64,000 nt of DNA from the human T2T-CHM13v2.0 reference genome, Homo sapiens. Of this stretch, positions 15,040-30,518 are shown piece after piece. Every line of letters starts with the position of its first letter. Positions within the stretch are counted from its first letter, which is position 1. Made by a program: the position numbers and the translations under genes. The notes under the pieces were generated by a model, which was not told the DNA's origin, searched no databases, and saw only the letters and a list, made by a program, of their open reading frames with translations. The stretch lies in NCBI RefSeq assembly GCF_009914755.1, contig NC_060931.1; one strand, 5' to 3'.

Positions 15040-16150
<1,111 letters not shown>

Positions 16151-17046
16151 TGCTTAAGCCCATCTGAAATCCAGACATTTAATTTTTGTCTATTAGTATG
16201 TATAGTGTGATATCAGTTGGAGGGAGTGTTTCCTATTTTAATATTAGTTGCATTATGTCTATTGAAATTTAGTGTTTGGTTTTAGAAGTATACATATTAT
16301 TGGTGGCTTAAATGGTTCATTGAAGTCTATGTATGTATCTGAAATCAAATGGTATCAATAAAAATGGTAAGTCTTAGGCATTGTTTTGTGACTACTTTGA
16401 ATCCTACCTGTATTTCTTTATGTATGGTCATAACAAAACAATAATAACCTCCTTTTATTTAGTGCAATACCAGTTATGAACAGTTACCTTACCAGTTGCT
16501 TTACATACTGCTTTACAACTGGTTTACTGAGAAGTTATCATTATTCCCTCCCTCAACACACATAATTTCAGTGATGAGGAAATTAAGATCCATAGAATTT
16601 AAGGTCACTCAGCTAAAAAGTAGCAGAGTTGAGATTTAATCCAGGTCTCTTGGGCTCTGACATCTGTGCTCTTGTCATTACATCTGCTTCTTCCTATTTG
16701 CATGTACACTTGACTTCCTATAAAGGATGTAATAGAATCTGCACTTGACTGGAAATGATGCCCTTGACTAGCTAGCTGTGTAAGAGACAAATTATTGGGT
16801 TTGAATTTTATTTTCAAAGTATGGAGCTGACTAGATGGTTTCTGAGGTCCCTCTGGCTCTAAAAGTGTAAAACTGTAACGACTATACATAATTGCTTTGA
16901 TAGCTATTTTTTTCATGTCTATCAGTTATGTAAAATTTACGAAGACAGTCAATGTAAAACTTTAAAGAAGATATCCCACATTTTTAAACCTTTAACCTTG
17001 TGGCTCTAGGTTGATAAACTCACCAAAGGCTTCCTTGGTATTTCAG

Positions 17047-17139
17047 ACAGATTATGAGGGACAAGCCAAGAAACTCCTGGAACTGATGGAAAACACGGAT
17101 GTGATCATTGTTGCAGGAGGAGATGGGACACTGCAGGAG
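17047..17139 (+). CDS. AGK: AGK exon 6 ([31 protein letters not shown]), contains the GGDG ATP-binding motif
   Basis: tatttcag|ACAGATTAT ... CAGGAG|gtatga; 93 nt, phase 0 to 0. Confidence 0.97.
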
Positions 17140-17637
17140 GTATGACTGTTTTTCTCTTTGAAGCTATTTTGAAGGTGAGAAAAATGGAAATTAAATCCTA
17201 GAGCAATGGTATGTTGTAATTTAAAGAAATTTTTTATTTTAATTCATTATTTTAGGATTGTTGCTCTCTAAAGCTAGTATAGCTTTAAATTTTTCTCCTG
17301 CACTTCCATTTCATTGCTTTTTGTAAACCCTCTACCCAGCACATAGAAGGATTTTTGTATTATCATATTTAAGTTTGATAATATTGAATATAACAGAAGA
17401 AAAAATGATGGTGGATGGGATAATCTTGTTATATTTTGAAGACTCTTATGAAGTAGCCCTGTTTGTAATGGAATCATAGTTTCCATCAACAGGTATGTTT
17501 CTTATAAAATAAACAGATATTCAGCTATCCATTCTCATGTCATTTCCATTACATATAATATTATACTACATTAATAGGAAGAGGTATACATGTTAAGATA
17601 CATGCATCTGCTTTTGTTTTAATATTGCATCTTCTCA

Positions 17638-18578
17638 ATGAGATGCCACTATGCACCTATTAGAATGGCCAAAATTTCAGAACACTGATGATATCAAATG
17701 CTGGCAAGGATGTGGAGCAACAGGAACTCTCATTGTTGGTAGGAATGCAAAATGGTACAGCCACTTTGGAACAGCTGGGTGTTTTCTTACAAAACTGAAC
17801 ACACTGTTAACATACAATCCAGCAATCATGCTCCTTGGTATTTACCAAAGGAGTTGAAACCCTGTGTCCACACAATTGCACATGTAGCAGCATTATTCAT
17901 AATTACCAAATCTTGGAAGCAACCAAGATGTCCTTTAGTAGGTGAATGAATAAGTAAAGTGAGATATATTCAGACAATAGGTATTATTCAGCACTAAAAA
18001 GAAGTGAGCTATCAAGCCATGAAAAGACATGGAGGAAACCTAAATGTATGTTACTAAGTGAAAGAGGATAGTCTGAAAAGACTACATACTGTGTGATTCC
18101 GACAATTTGATATCTGGAGGAGGCAAAACTATGGAGGCAGTGAAACGTCAGAGGTTACCAGATGTTGAAGAGAGGGATGAATAGGCAGAGCACAGAGGAT
18201 TGTTAGGGCAGTGAAACTATTCATTATGATACTGTAAGGGTGAATACATTTGTGTTACACACAAATTTGTTTAACACAAATTTTTTGTGTGTATTTGTTA
18301 TACACAAATGTATAAGTGTTATACATTTGTGGGAACCCATAGATCTGCAACACCAAGAGGGAACCCTAGTGTAAACGATGGACTTTGGGTGATGATAATA
18401 AGGTGTCAATGTAGGTCCATCAGTTGTAACAAATGTGCCACTCTGGTGAAGGATGTTGATAATGGGCGGAAGGTTCACGTATAGGGGGCCAGAGGGGACA
18501 TGGGAAATCTCTGTATTCCTCTCAATTTTGCTGTGAGCCTAAAACTACTTTTAAAACATAAAATTTATTAATAAAGAT
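17638..18578 (+). mobile_element. L1MC1-like 3' end
   Basis: ORF2 C-terminal remnant (KCWQGCGATGTL) plus 3' UTR ending tcaattttgctgtgagcctaaaactact. Confidence 0.85.
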
Positions 18579-19154
18579 ACCCTTAATGCTTACTTTGGTC
18601 CATTAAGGGCGGTAAGTATGTTACCCTGCAAGTACTCTTCTTTTCTAGCAGCAGAGTAGTGCATTCATTATATTTTGGAAACCCCTAAAGAGCCCAGTGC
18701 AGGTGATCCCACGCACTGCTTAATTTTTCATTCCTGTATACTATATTTCATATTCATACCTCATTTCTGATTGCCTGTTGTCCCCATTCATTGGTTTTAC
18801 CAGTGTTCAGGGATCAGAAGCTAACAGCAGAGTACTGTCCTATGTTTGACTTAGTCATTATGTGAGCCTTAGTAAGCTTCTTTTAAAAAGGCTGTGCTAA
18901 TGATGTTGTAATTGTTTTTATGGCTTTTTAATGAAGTGTGAAGAATATTGATAGCATGCCTACAAAGAAGGAAGTAGACCTCTCAACAGCCCCATTTATT
19001 CCTGAAATTCAGTGAGGCAGGAGAAGATGAAGGGAGGAGATCTGGGTCAGGTTTTACTTTACAAAATGTTTTTAAAGAAATTGTGTATTTGGTATAATTA
19101 CAGTCATATAAAAATATGCACTGATTAGAAAAAGGATTGGAGGGAAATATATCA

Positions 19155-19566
<412 letters not shown>

Positions 19567-19997
19567 CTATCCTTCTTCATATTTGTCAATAAGAACGATT
19601 TGTTAAGTGCACACTCTCTGAGTGTAGCAAAGTGCTTTTTTCCTGTATATGTACTTCATAGTGGTAAACTAGGGTTTTCTGTATAATTGATGTGTACATC
19701 ATATTTATACCCATTTTATAGAACTTAAAACATATTTTTAGTAATACAACTTGGAGTTTTTATAATTATTTTATCTTAGCCTTTATTGTATTATTGATCA
19801 TAGGTCAAAAATAAAATCTAATTTAGCTCTGATTCTATTGGAGAATACTATATGTTTTAAGATCCAGTGCATCTTTTAACAGAGCTTCTAAGAAGAAAAC
19901 AGGAGTAAGTTTATGGTCTATGAAAATTGAATCCAATTCTTTTATTGTAAAGGAAATACATATTATTTATAACAATGTTTTATTATTACATTTGTAG

Positions 19998-20030
19998 GTT
20001 GTTACTGGTGTTCTTCGACGAACAGATGAG
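19998..20030 (+). CDS. AGK: AGK exon 7 (VVTGVLRRTDE), 33 nt
   Basis: tttgtag|GTTGTT ... GATGAG|gtgagc; phase 0 to 0. Confidence 0.96.
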
Positions 20031-21322
20031 GTGAGCATTAAAGAGTAATTGCATTTTAACTTTTATTTTTCTGTTCTTTTTTATTGCTTTTCTTTCTTTT
20101 ACTTTTTTTTTCCATTGTATATTTTAAAACGGGTACAAATTGTGCTTTCTTGAATTTTAGAAAAGAAAATACTGCTACCCATGTCATAGAACACGTATAT
20201 TAACACATGGGGACTTTTCTGGTTTGGTAATTGATGGTATCCAATAACTTTGACAATGGTTATTTAAAATTTTGTTATGGAATCTTTTTTTCAAAGAACT
20301 TTTTCATAAAAGAAATTGTGGCATATTCATATAGTGGGAATCATCTAACAGTTAAAATGAATGAACTAAATGTATAAATATCTACATGGCTAAATCTCAA
20401 AAGTTTTGAATAAAAAAAAAAGCAGGTTGCCCAGGTATGTTATGCATTTCTACAGTGTTTTAAAATTCAGAAAACAATACTATGTATGGTTAATGGATGC
20501 TTAAATATGTAGCAAAAGAATAATAATGTGGATGAAAAGGAATCACACCAACCTCAGGATAATGGTCTCCTCTGGGAAGGGAGAGAGGAGAATAGTTTTA
20601 GAAGGGACTTTCATTGTATCTCTATCGTTTTATTTCTTGAAACATATGAAGCAAAAAGGTAAATGTTAACATTTGTTAAATATAGGTTGTGGGCACATGG
20701 GTGTTTTTGTAACATTATTTTATGCACTTTTCTACAATAGCTAGAAGATCCTTCTCAGTCCCTTTGGTAATAGTACATTGTGCTCAGAATTGTTTTGAAC
20801 CTTACAGTATCTATTGTATGTGTGGCATTTAATTAACTGCTATGCCAGTACCATCTATTATTTGAACTTGTTTATTCTCTTTGCCTTATTTGTACTTAAG
20901 ATAGTTTATAAAGCACCTTCACCTGTCATTGGTCACTGTATAAATGGTAGACATTTTTAGTTGAATTTTATCTGCAACTTTATCAAATAGTGTGACAATG
21001 TTATACAGTCTCTGTTGCACTAGTGCATTGATATATTATCTTCAAAACCCTCATTATCTTAACCAAATTTCTTTCAAACAGTTGTCATTAATGAGTACTA
21101 AAATATTTCTTCCAAATTCTGAGTCATTTTGTTTTCATTGACTGCCTTGTTTTAGAAATTACCCACCTAGCTTTATTTGATTACTGGTCTAAGGATGTGG
21201 AAAGGAGATGGGGAGGCAGATACAGGGTCAGTTATTTGTCATAGTGGACACACCTGTGCTTCTCCATTAAGCCTGATTTTCTGATCATAACAATAAAACT
21301 TTCCTCTTCTTTCCCCCCCCAG

Positions 21323-21417
21323 GCTACCTTCAGTAAGATTCCCATTGGATTTATCCCACTGGGAGAGACCAGTAGTTTGAGTCATACCCTCTTTGCCGAA
21401 AGTGGAAACAAAGTCCA
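21323..21417 (+). CDS. AGK: AGK exon 8 (ATFSKIPIGFIPLGETSSLSHTLFAESGNKVQ)
   Basis: ttccccccccag|GCTACC ... GTCCA|gtaggt; 95 nt; contains the IPLG-T motif of DAGKc. Confidence 0.97.
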
Positions 21418-22597
21418 GTAGGTTGTCAATGTGGGGAATTAGCATTTGTGGGTGAGCGAGACTGGGAATGAAAAATTTATGTGTATGCTATAACTTTCTT
21501 GAGTTTTGATAGCCTGAAACTTCAAATAATTAAGAGGAGGACCTAGATCAGAGTTCAGCCTTTCAGTTCATTGGGAAGTCTCCCAACTTGGTTGTGGGAC
21601 TCTTATAATAAGTCTCCAGGTCAGGTAGGGAGGTGAATACTTGATGTCCTTTTGTCAGTTATGAAGATAATATCCCTGACCTAAACCGTTTTTGTGCTTG
21701 TACATTGTAAGATTCTTTAGTGAAGACATATTTGTGCTGCTCATTTGTTTGCTTTAAGTATATGCAATGACAAATAACAAGTCCCTTGTGAAGACTGAAC
21801 TAGTAGCCTGGCTTCATTATCTTGATATTAAAAATAGCTAAAACAAGTAAATATAGCCACATCCTTTTGGGAATACTTAAAGTGGTAGACAGTGTAGACA
21901 AAGTAGACTGGGAAAGCAGTGTAGCTCTGACATCTAAATTAAATTGCTGTGAGTCTCACAGTGTTTTTGGGAGTCAAGCAAATTGTTGTTATTATTGTTC
22001 TTTTTTGCTTGAAGGCATTATGTAAACAAAGCTCTGCTCTTTCAAGAAGATAGGAATCTTGAATTTGAGCTTTGACAGTGATTAATAACATCATTTTGAG
22101 CAAATAGTTGTCAAGAAGACCCAAATAAATGGAGAGATAGCTGAGAGATCAGTTGCCTGATGGTTAACGTAAGCTTTGTGACACATTGGAGGAAGTCAAT
22201 AAATAAATATTTGTTGCATGATTTAATGAAAATTTTCTCATGATTTTTCTGGTTATAATCTTCTAGAATAAATAATAATAATACCCAAGTGATTTTCTGT
22301 TTTGGTTAAGGATTTTTTTTTCTGCTTTGGAATTCTTTGATTAGGCTGGCTTTTGTGAATTTATTTTTGCTATTGTAATGTTAGGAGTCAACTGTATCTC
22401 TTTTAACAATTCTATATTTTAATAAGCATCTTAGTCCAGTTTTCAAAACACTAGGCATACACACATATATATATGTCAGATCTTCATTCAAACTTCTTTT
22501 ATATTTCAAACCTTAATATAATGGGGATTATTCAGCTATTCATTAGCCATCCTGAGGGCCTAACTACAGGAGAGGCCATTTCAGTTGGCCATCCTTT

Positions 22598-22872
22598 TTT
22601 TTTCTTTTTCTTTCTTTTTTTTTTTTTTGAGACAGAGTCTCGCTCTGTAGCCCAGGCTGGAGTGCAGTGGCGCGAACTCGGCTCACTGCAAGCTCCGTCT
22701 CCCAGGTTCACGCCATTCTCTTGCCTCAGCCTCCGAGTAGCTGGGACTACAGGCGCCCGCCACCACGCCCGGCTAATTTTTTGTATTTTTAGTACAGATG
22801 GGGTTTCACTGTGTTAGCCAGGATGGTCTCGATCTCCTGACCTCGTGATCCGCCCGCCTCGGCCTCCCAAAG
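22598..22872 (-). mobile_element. AluY, 5'-truncated, with a long TSD
   Basis: AluY diagnostics (gcaagctccg, ttcacgccattc, gtgttagccaggatgg), CpG-rich; TSD tcagttggccat(c/a)cttt at 22581 and 22873. Confidence 0.92.
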
Positions 22873-24789
22873 TCAGTTGGCCATACTTTTTATTCCCGGT
22901 TTAGAATTTCTGAGGGGCAGTAGATAATGACAGTTAATTGCTCACATTTTTGCTTTTCCAAGATGAATCCTGTCTGATTCAGGTGTTGGTTACATTAGAG
23001 AGCTTGTCTTCTCCTTGTGTCAGTGTAGATTTTTTGAATTGCTTTAGCCAGTATTCCAAATAGCATATGTCATTGATCCAAGGGTAGACCATTTTCCTTG
23101 GAGACCCCTTGCCTGTCCAAAAGCTAATTTACACAGAGTGTGGCAACCCCCAGGGTCTGAGAGAGTCTTCAGTTTGGGGGAACTGATTTTCTCTTGTAGT
23201 TAAACTACTACTGTTGCTGCTGCTATTTATAGTTTAAAAATTTATAAAACTTAATTTATAAGCATGCCCCAGGGCTGTTAGGTAATCCAGGAAGTCTGTC
23301 CTGAGTTCAGAGTTCTGTAGGCCTCATAAAATGGCAGAAGCCTAAGGCTATTTAAAAAGAACAAGGCTTTGCTTTTTGCACTGCTGTCAAGATTTGTTGT
23401 ACCATAGTTACCACAGAGGAAAAAAGAATTTTGAATTTGGAATGTTGCAAGTAAATAATCTGAAAAGTGCTATTCCATGCTACAGTGCTGCTTTATTTAG
23501 AACTTTTAGTTATTGGCAGGAGAATGATAAATTATAGGTTGCAATTTTAGCTGTCTTCTGCCAGCAATTTAGGAAAAAAATTTAATATAAAAAGACTTGA
23601 TGAGTTACAACAATTTTTTTTTAAGGTCAGCCTCTCAAAGGCATTTACTAAATCTCTCAGTGTGTTAAATACTGTTCAGAATAAGTACAGTGCTTTAGGA
23701 TTCTTTCTGATAGCTTTTTTCAGAATTAATATATTCATATCAAATTAAACTTGTGAGCATGCTGCTTACTTTCTCCTACACTGAAACTCATATTCCAAAC
23801 TGCTGCCTACTTCCCAAGTAGCATCTATATTGGAGAGAAAAAAATGGTGTAAAAATGAGTTGATAGAGAAACATGAGAAAGTATAATAGTTTCAGCTAGA
23901 GTTTAATCCAAGCATTTGAGTTAATGTGTCTATCTTGGGATTTTAAAGTATCTTAAGTTGTACCTAACTTTGTTAGAAACACTGGTTTAGGTGGATTTGA
24001 TTCCTTAGGTGTTTACATTTAGTCCTGAGCACATTGATGGGGAGGCCTGTAGAGCACCCAGATTTTAGATGTGGATTTTTTCTTTGGGAATCCATTGATA
24101 TCCATTTGATACGTCCAAAGCAGCCTTACAGGTTAAGTTAGCACATCTTTGGAGACAAATTTCATTTTGTGACATGCTGGCTCTGTCCTCTTGGTAATTT
24201 CATTCAATCTCTCTGAACCTCAATTTCTCTTACATGTGTTTATCAAATGCACACTAGTAGTACCTACTTCAGAAGATTGTTAAAAAGCTAAAGTAGGTCT
24301 ATTTACGTAAGTGTAATTATGCCTAGTAAAGTGGACTTTATTCATATTTATTAAAAATTCATTTGGGGGGACAAACAGTAAATAAATAGGTTGACTACAA
24401 TTACTGAGTCTAGATTCTATAATTAAAACAAATATAAATCAAAACAGATAAGCCTCTATTCTATTGCTAACTGCTTCACCTAGAAAAGTTTTTTTTGTTT
24501 GTTTAAAAAAGGAAAGAATGTTTTGTAGTCATTCAAATCAGTTACCATAGGATGGCAACAATTTCTATGAAATTCACAGTATCAACCAGTTCTGCACATA
24601 GCAGAATAGATTAGGAGGTGCCCTGTTTGGTTAGGAACTGCCCTTTTTTGAATGGAAATTAAAGTACTTTCTAAATGACTTCTACTTGTAGTTGTACTTA
24701 AACTCCAGACAAAATATTTTACTTTATTAATAATAATTACCGTATTTATTTTTCCAAAATATAGCTATGTAACAATAGAGGCAATAGGA

Positions 24790-26210
24790 CACTAACACTG
24801 ATATACCTTTACAAAAACATGAAATACATATGGATAAATCTAACAAAATATGTGTAAGATTTATATGATGGAAACTACAAATCAGTGAAGAGAGAAATCA
24901 AGAAGACCTAAGTAAATAGAGATACTTCTGTGTTCATGGATTGTGAGGCTTCGTACTGAGATGTCATTCTCTCCACAACTGATCTATAAATTCAATACAA
25001 TCCCAATCAATGTTTCACAAGGCTTTTTGTAGAAATTGAAAAATTGATTCTAAAATTTATATAGAAAAATAAAGGAAGCAGAATAATCAAAATAATTTTG
25101 AAAAAGAACAAAGTTTAAGGATTTACCCTATCTAATTCCAATACTTACTCTAAAGCTACAGTGATCAAAACAGTGTGGTGCTGGCAAAACAAGAGACATA
25201 AATCAGTAGAAGAAAGAGTCCAGAATTAGACCCACACACATATGGACAATTGATTTTTCAATAAGGGCACCAAAGCCATTCAATGTATAATAGAAAAGAC
25301 AGTTTTTTTCAACAAACAGTATTGGAACAGTTGAACATATACAAAAAGTAAACTTCAACCCATACCTCACACTATATCTAAAAATTAGCATCAAATGGAT
25401 TGTAAACCTATATATAAAACCTAAAACTGTAAAGCTTCTAGAAGAAAATCTTTAGTCATTAGAGAAATGCAAATTAAATCTACCATGAGATGCCACTATG
25501 CATCTATTAGGACAGCATAAACAAGAAAAAAAAAAAGCAAACAAAAACCCGTCAAATAAATGCAGCAACTGAAACTCTTGGATATCATTGGTGCAAATAC
25601 GAAATGGTAGCCACTTTAGAAAATGGTTTGGCAGTTTCTTGTAAAATTAAACATATACCTACCATATGAGCAGCAATCACACTTATAGGTACTTATTCAA
25701 AAGAAATGAAGATATATGTCCGTACAAAAACCTGTACATGAATATTTATAGTAGCTTGATTCCTAACTGCCAAAAACTGGGAACAATGCCAATGTCCATC
25801 AACTGATGAATGGGTAAACAAATTCCAGTACATCCATACAATGGAATATGGATAGTCTACTGATACATCCATTCATAAACAATAGTGTAGATGAATTTCA
25901 AGCTCATGCTAAGAGAAAAAAACTGAACTGGAAAGGCTCCATACTTTTCGATTCTATTTTATGACATTCTGGGAAAGGCAAAACTCTAGACGCAGAAAAC
26001 ATAGTAATTGTCAGGAGCTGAAGGTGCAGGCAGTGGGTTGGCTGCAGAGGGTTATGAAGGAACTTCTTGGGATGTTGAAAATGTTATATATATTTGTCAT
26101 GGTGATAGTTATATGACTGCAGCTTTTGTCAAAATTTATAAAACAGTGTACCTAAAAGTATGAATTTTACTGTGTATATATCATACCCCAATAAATCTAA
26201 CTTTAAAAAA
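24790..26210 (+). mobile_element. L1M (ME/MD-type) ORF2 end plus 3' UTR
   Basis: A-rich L1 ORF2 sequence (tgttcatggattg, ctacagtgatcaaaacagtgtggt) and terminal caataaa-A tail. Confidence 0.85.
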
Positions 26211-26214
26211 GAAG

Positions 26215-26970
26215 TTACACTTCCAGTTTCCAGTTCCACATGTAAGGAGCTTGGAAGTTGTCACTCTGTCCTAACAATAAACAAAAAGCTGAACAACCTG
26301 AAAACTCAGCAACTCTTCTTGTATCTGAAGGAGAAGGTAGGACATAGGGCAAACTGCTGCCCCCAAGATTGGAGAGACAGGGGAATACAGGGGATTTTGA
26401 CTTAACGAAGACACACACTGGAAACCACTTTGGAAACCACTTTGGAAACCAGTGCCAGGGTAGGAAAACCTGACCTGTAATTGATAAATTGCTGAAGCTC
26501 AGTGTGATTAGCTCTGAGAGGAGTCCCAGTCTACTGGGATCCAGTCATAAGGAGTCCCCCACAATATTGTAAGATATGCCTCCAGGAGCTCAACCAGGAG
26601 CTCACAATAAATATCAGAGAAAAATCGCCTTATACTTCTGGCACTGGTGGGGAAAAGGAACCATTTTGAAATATGCCACAGTATTCTGTTCTTCTTAACA
26701 AGGCCTGTCCTCAGGAGAAACAAGTTAACCAGAGCCCAACCTGCTGGAGTATTATCAAGGTTTAACTGGAGAAGGGAAATACTTAATTCTAGTCAGCTCC
26801 AGCCTTGCATGTGGGAGAAGGGAAAAAGCCAATTCCAGCCTACTCTAGCCATTCTGTCCACCTAAGGGAAGAGAAAAAACTGAGAAACATTTGTTCAAAG
26901 TCCAGAGACAGGCTCATTAAAGCCTGAGACCTAATCATCGAACCTAATCATTGCTTCCCCTCCCTTCACA
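26215..26970 (+). mobile_element. L1M 5'-end fragment (L1MDa-like), with internal (GGAAACCACTTT)x2.6 at 26420
   Basis: ttccagtttccagttccacatgtaaggagcttggaagt matches my recollection of the L1MD 5' consensus. Confidence 0.55.
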
Positions 26971-27420
26971 TGCTACATGGATGTCAATAGTACATGCCTT
27001 TTGATGATACTTTTTTTAACCTATAGACTTTCCAAATGGCTCTCAGAATGTAGATAAGAACGGTCTGTGTTCAAAAGAATCAGCAATTAAAATGAAGCGC
27101 ATCCTAGTAGTCCTGGAAAATAAGAGAAATATGTCTCAGGTTCTGGATTATATTTTGCTAAGATAACTATAACAAATTCTGCCCTTTAGTTACTCTTCTG
27201 GCTGTTAGAGCAAGAATAAGTATTGTTTTTGGAAATGCCTGAATTTCTTACAATGAATAAAAAAAGTTATTAAGTGTCATATTTTCCAATGGTAAATAGG
27301 AGTCAGGCACAATGTAGAGACTCAGTAAATGTTAAATGAATGAATGATCAGTGCCTTGTATGAACTTCTCCTTGCCAAAGCTTTCTCTTTGAGTCCCTAT
27401 AAACTACTAGTACTTTGGCA

Positions 27421-27530
27421 GGAGGGAGGGAGAGAGGGAAGGAGGGGGAGAGAGAGAGAGGGAGAGAGAGAGAATGAGAGAGAATATGTGTGTGTGTGTG
27501 TTTGTGCATGAGTGCATGTGGCAGTGTGGT
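27421..27530. repeat. (GA)-rich then (TG)-rich simple repeats just upstream of exon 9
   Basis: Read directly from the sequence. Confidence 0.9.
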
Positions 27531-27583
27531 GGGGGAGATGTTGCCTATTTTTCATAATATGATCATTTCCTTTTCTCTTTTAG

Positions 27584-27653
27584 ACATATTACTGATGCCA
27601 CACTTGCCATTGTGAAAGGAGAGACAGTTCCACTTGATGTCTTGCAGATCAAG
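27584..27653 (+). CDS. AGK: AGK exon 9 (HITDATLAIVKGETVPLDVLQIK)
   Basis: ctcttttag|ACATATT ... ATCAAG|gtaaat; 70 nt. Confidence 0.97.
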
Positions 27654-27909
27654 GTAAATCTTTTCATCACATATTGGAAAAATTGTGAAAGTAATACTCG
27701 CTTACATGTTAAAGAAAATAAAATGTAGCAGTTCAAATGAGGTTATAATGAAAACAATAGTTGCTCTTCCATTCCTACCCCAAGTATTAGTCCCCAGAGG
27801 AAATAATTTTACCTGTTAATTCTAGTTGTTATCACTAATTAATATGCTTTTGCTCCTATTTTTAAAATGTGGCTAAAAGCATAATATTTATCATTATAGT
27901 CATTTTTAA

Positions 27910-28123
<214 letters not shown>

Positions 28124-28625
28124 TGATTTATCACTTTTAGACCTTATCTTTGACCTCTTTGTTATACAGGCATACCTCATTTTATTACACTTTGCCTGAC
28201 TGCATTTCACAGATATTGTGCTTTTTACAAATTGAACGTCTGTGGCAACCCTGCCCCAAGCAAGTCTACCAGTGTCATTTTTCCAACAGCATGTGCTCAC
28301 TTCATGACTCTGTGTCACATTTTGGTAATCCTCACAATACCTCAACCTTTTTCATCATTACTACATTGTTATGGTGATCTGCTATCGGTGATCTTTGATG
28401 TTACTATTGTAATTGGGGCACCACGAATTGTGCCCACATATAATGGCAAACTTAATTAAATGTGTGCGTTGACTGCTCCACCAACCAGCCATTTCCCTAC
28501 CTTTCTCTGTTCCCTGTGACACAACAGTATTGAAATTAGACCAATTAATAACCCTACTTGGCCTCTAAGTGTTCACATAAAGAAGACGCATCTGTCTCTC
28601 ACTTTAAATCAAAAGCTAGAGATGA

Positions 28626-28790
28626 GACCAGGTGCGGTGGCTCTTGCCTGTAATTCCAGCACTTTGGGAGGTCCAGGCAGGTGGATCACTTGAGCAGGAG
28701 TTCAAGACCAGCCTGGCCAACATGGCGAAACACCATCTCTACTAAAAATACAAAAATTAGCTGGGCATTTAAAAAAAAAAAGAAAAAAAG
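28626..28790 (+). mobile_element. Alu left arm plus ~10 nt of right arm joined directly to poly(A)
   Basis: TSD aaaagctaga(g/a)at; lies inside Tigger1. Confidence 0.85.
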
Positions 28791-28948
28791 CTAGAAATAG
28801 GTATGCTTAGTGAGAAAGGCATGTTAAAAGTTGAGATAGGCTGAAAACTAGGCCTTATGCCAAACAGCCAAGTTGTGAATGCAAAGGAACAGTTCTTGAA
28901 GGAACTTAAATGTGCTACTACAGTGAGCATATGAATGATAAGAAAGTG

Positions 28949-29351
<403 letters not shown>

Positions 29352-29399
29352 TTAAGCCACATCCTAATCCAGGGCAAGGCCCTAACTCTCTCCAATTTT

Positions 29400-30518
29400 A
29401 TGAAGGCTGAGAGAAGTGAAGAGGCTGCAGAAGAAATGTTTGAACCTAACAGAGGTTGGTTTATGAGGTTTAAGGAAAGAAGCCCTCCTCCTAACATAAA
29501 GTGCAAGGTGGAGCAGCAATTAGCTGATGGAGAAGGTGCTGCAAGTTATCCAGAAGATCTAGCTAAGATCATTGACAGAGGTACCCATACTAAACAACAG
29601 GTTTTCTATATAGACAAAACAGCCTTTTATTGGAAGAATGTGCCATCTCAGACTTTCATAGCTAGAGACGGGAAGTCAATGCCTGGCTTCAAAGTTTGGG
29701 ACAGGCTGACTCTCATGTTAAAAACTACTGCAGCTGGTGACTTTAAGTTCAAGCCAATGCTCATCTACCATTCCAAAAGTCCTAGGGCCTTTAAAAATTA
29801 TGCTACATCTACTCTGCTTGTGCTGTATAACTGGAAAAACAAATCCTGGGTGATAGTACATCTGTTTACAGCATAGTTTACTGAATATTTTAAGCCCACT
29901 GTTGAGACCCACTGCTCAGAAAAAGCAATTCCTATCAAAATATTACTGCTTATTAACAATGCACCTGGCCACCCGAGAGCCCTGATGGACATGTACAAAG
30001 AGATTAATGTTGTTTTCTTGTTTGCTAACAGACATTCATCCTGCATCCCATGGATCAAGGAATAATTTCAACTTTCAAGTTTTATTATTTAATAAATAAA
30101 TTGTGGACCAAAGGTCATCAATAGATGAACTACTGTCTTGGCAACAAAGTGAGACCCCATCTATACAAAAAAACTTTGTAAAAAAATTAGACAGGCATGG
30201 TGGTGTGGGCCTATAGTCCCAGTTGCCATAGATAGTGATTCCTCTGAAGGATCTGGGCAAAGTAAATTGAAAACCTTCTGGAAACGATTCACCATTCTAG
30301 ATGCCATTAAGAACATTCATGATTCATGGGAGGAGGTCAAAATAACAATGTTAACAGAAGTTTGGAAGAAGTTGATTCCAACCCTCATGGATGACTTTAA
30401 GGGGTTCAAGATTTCAGTGGAGGAAGGAACTGCAGATGTAGTAGAAATAACAAGAGAACTGGAATTAGAAGTGGAACCTGAAGATGTGATTGAAATGCTT
30501 CAATCTTATAAAATTTGA
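29400..30518 (+). pseudogene. Disrupted Tigger1 (pogo/CENP-B family) transposase
   Basis: ORFs 29400-29876 ([34 protein letters not shown]) and 30267-30518 ([23 protein letters not shown]), separated by stops and an insertion. Confidence 0.88.

Noticed and set aside
17142-17160. ATG ACT GTT TTT (MTVF) right after the exon 6 donor resembles the AGK N-terminus MTVFF
   Set aside because: Only four codons match, similarity stops immediately and the ATG is part of the GTATGA donor; treated as chance.
26420-26451. Short direct repeats (also 45021-45054 and 59617-59664) as a CRISPR-like array
   Set aside because: Two to three adjacent copies without spacers in eukaryotic DNA; ordinary slippage duplications.
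29400-29876. Possible domesticated Tigger transposase gene
   Set aside because: Fragmented by stops, Alus and an insertion; the DDE domain is incomplete.
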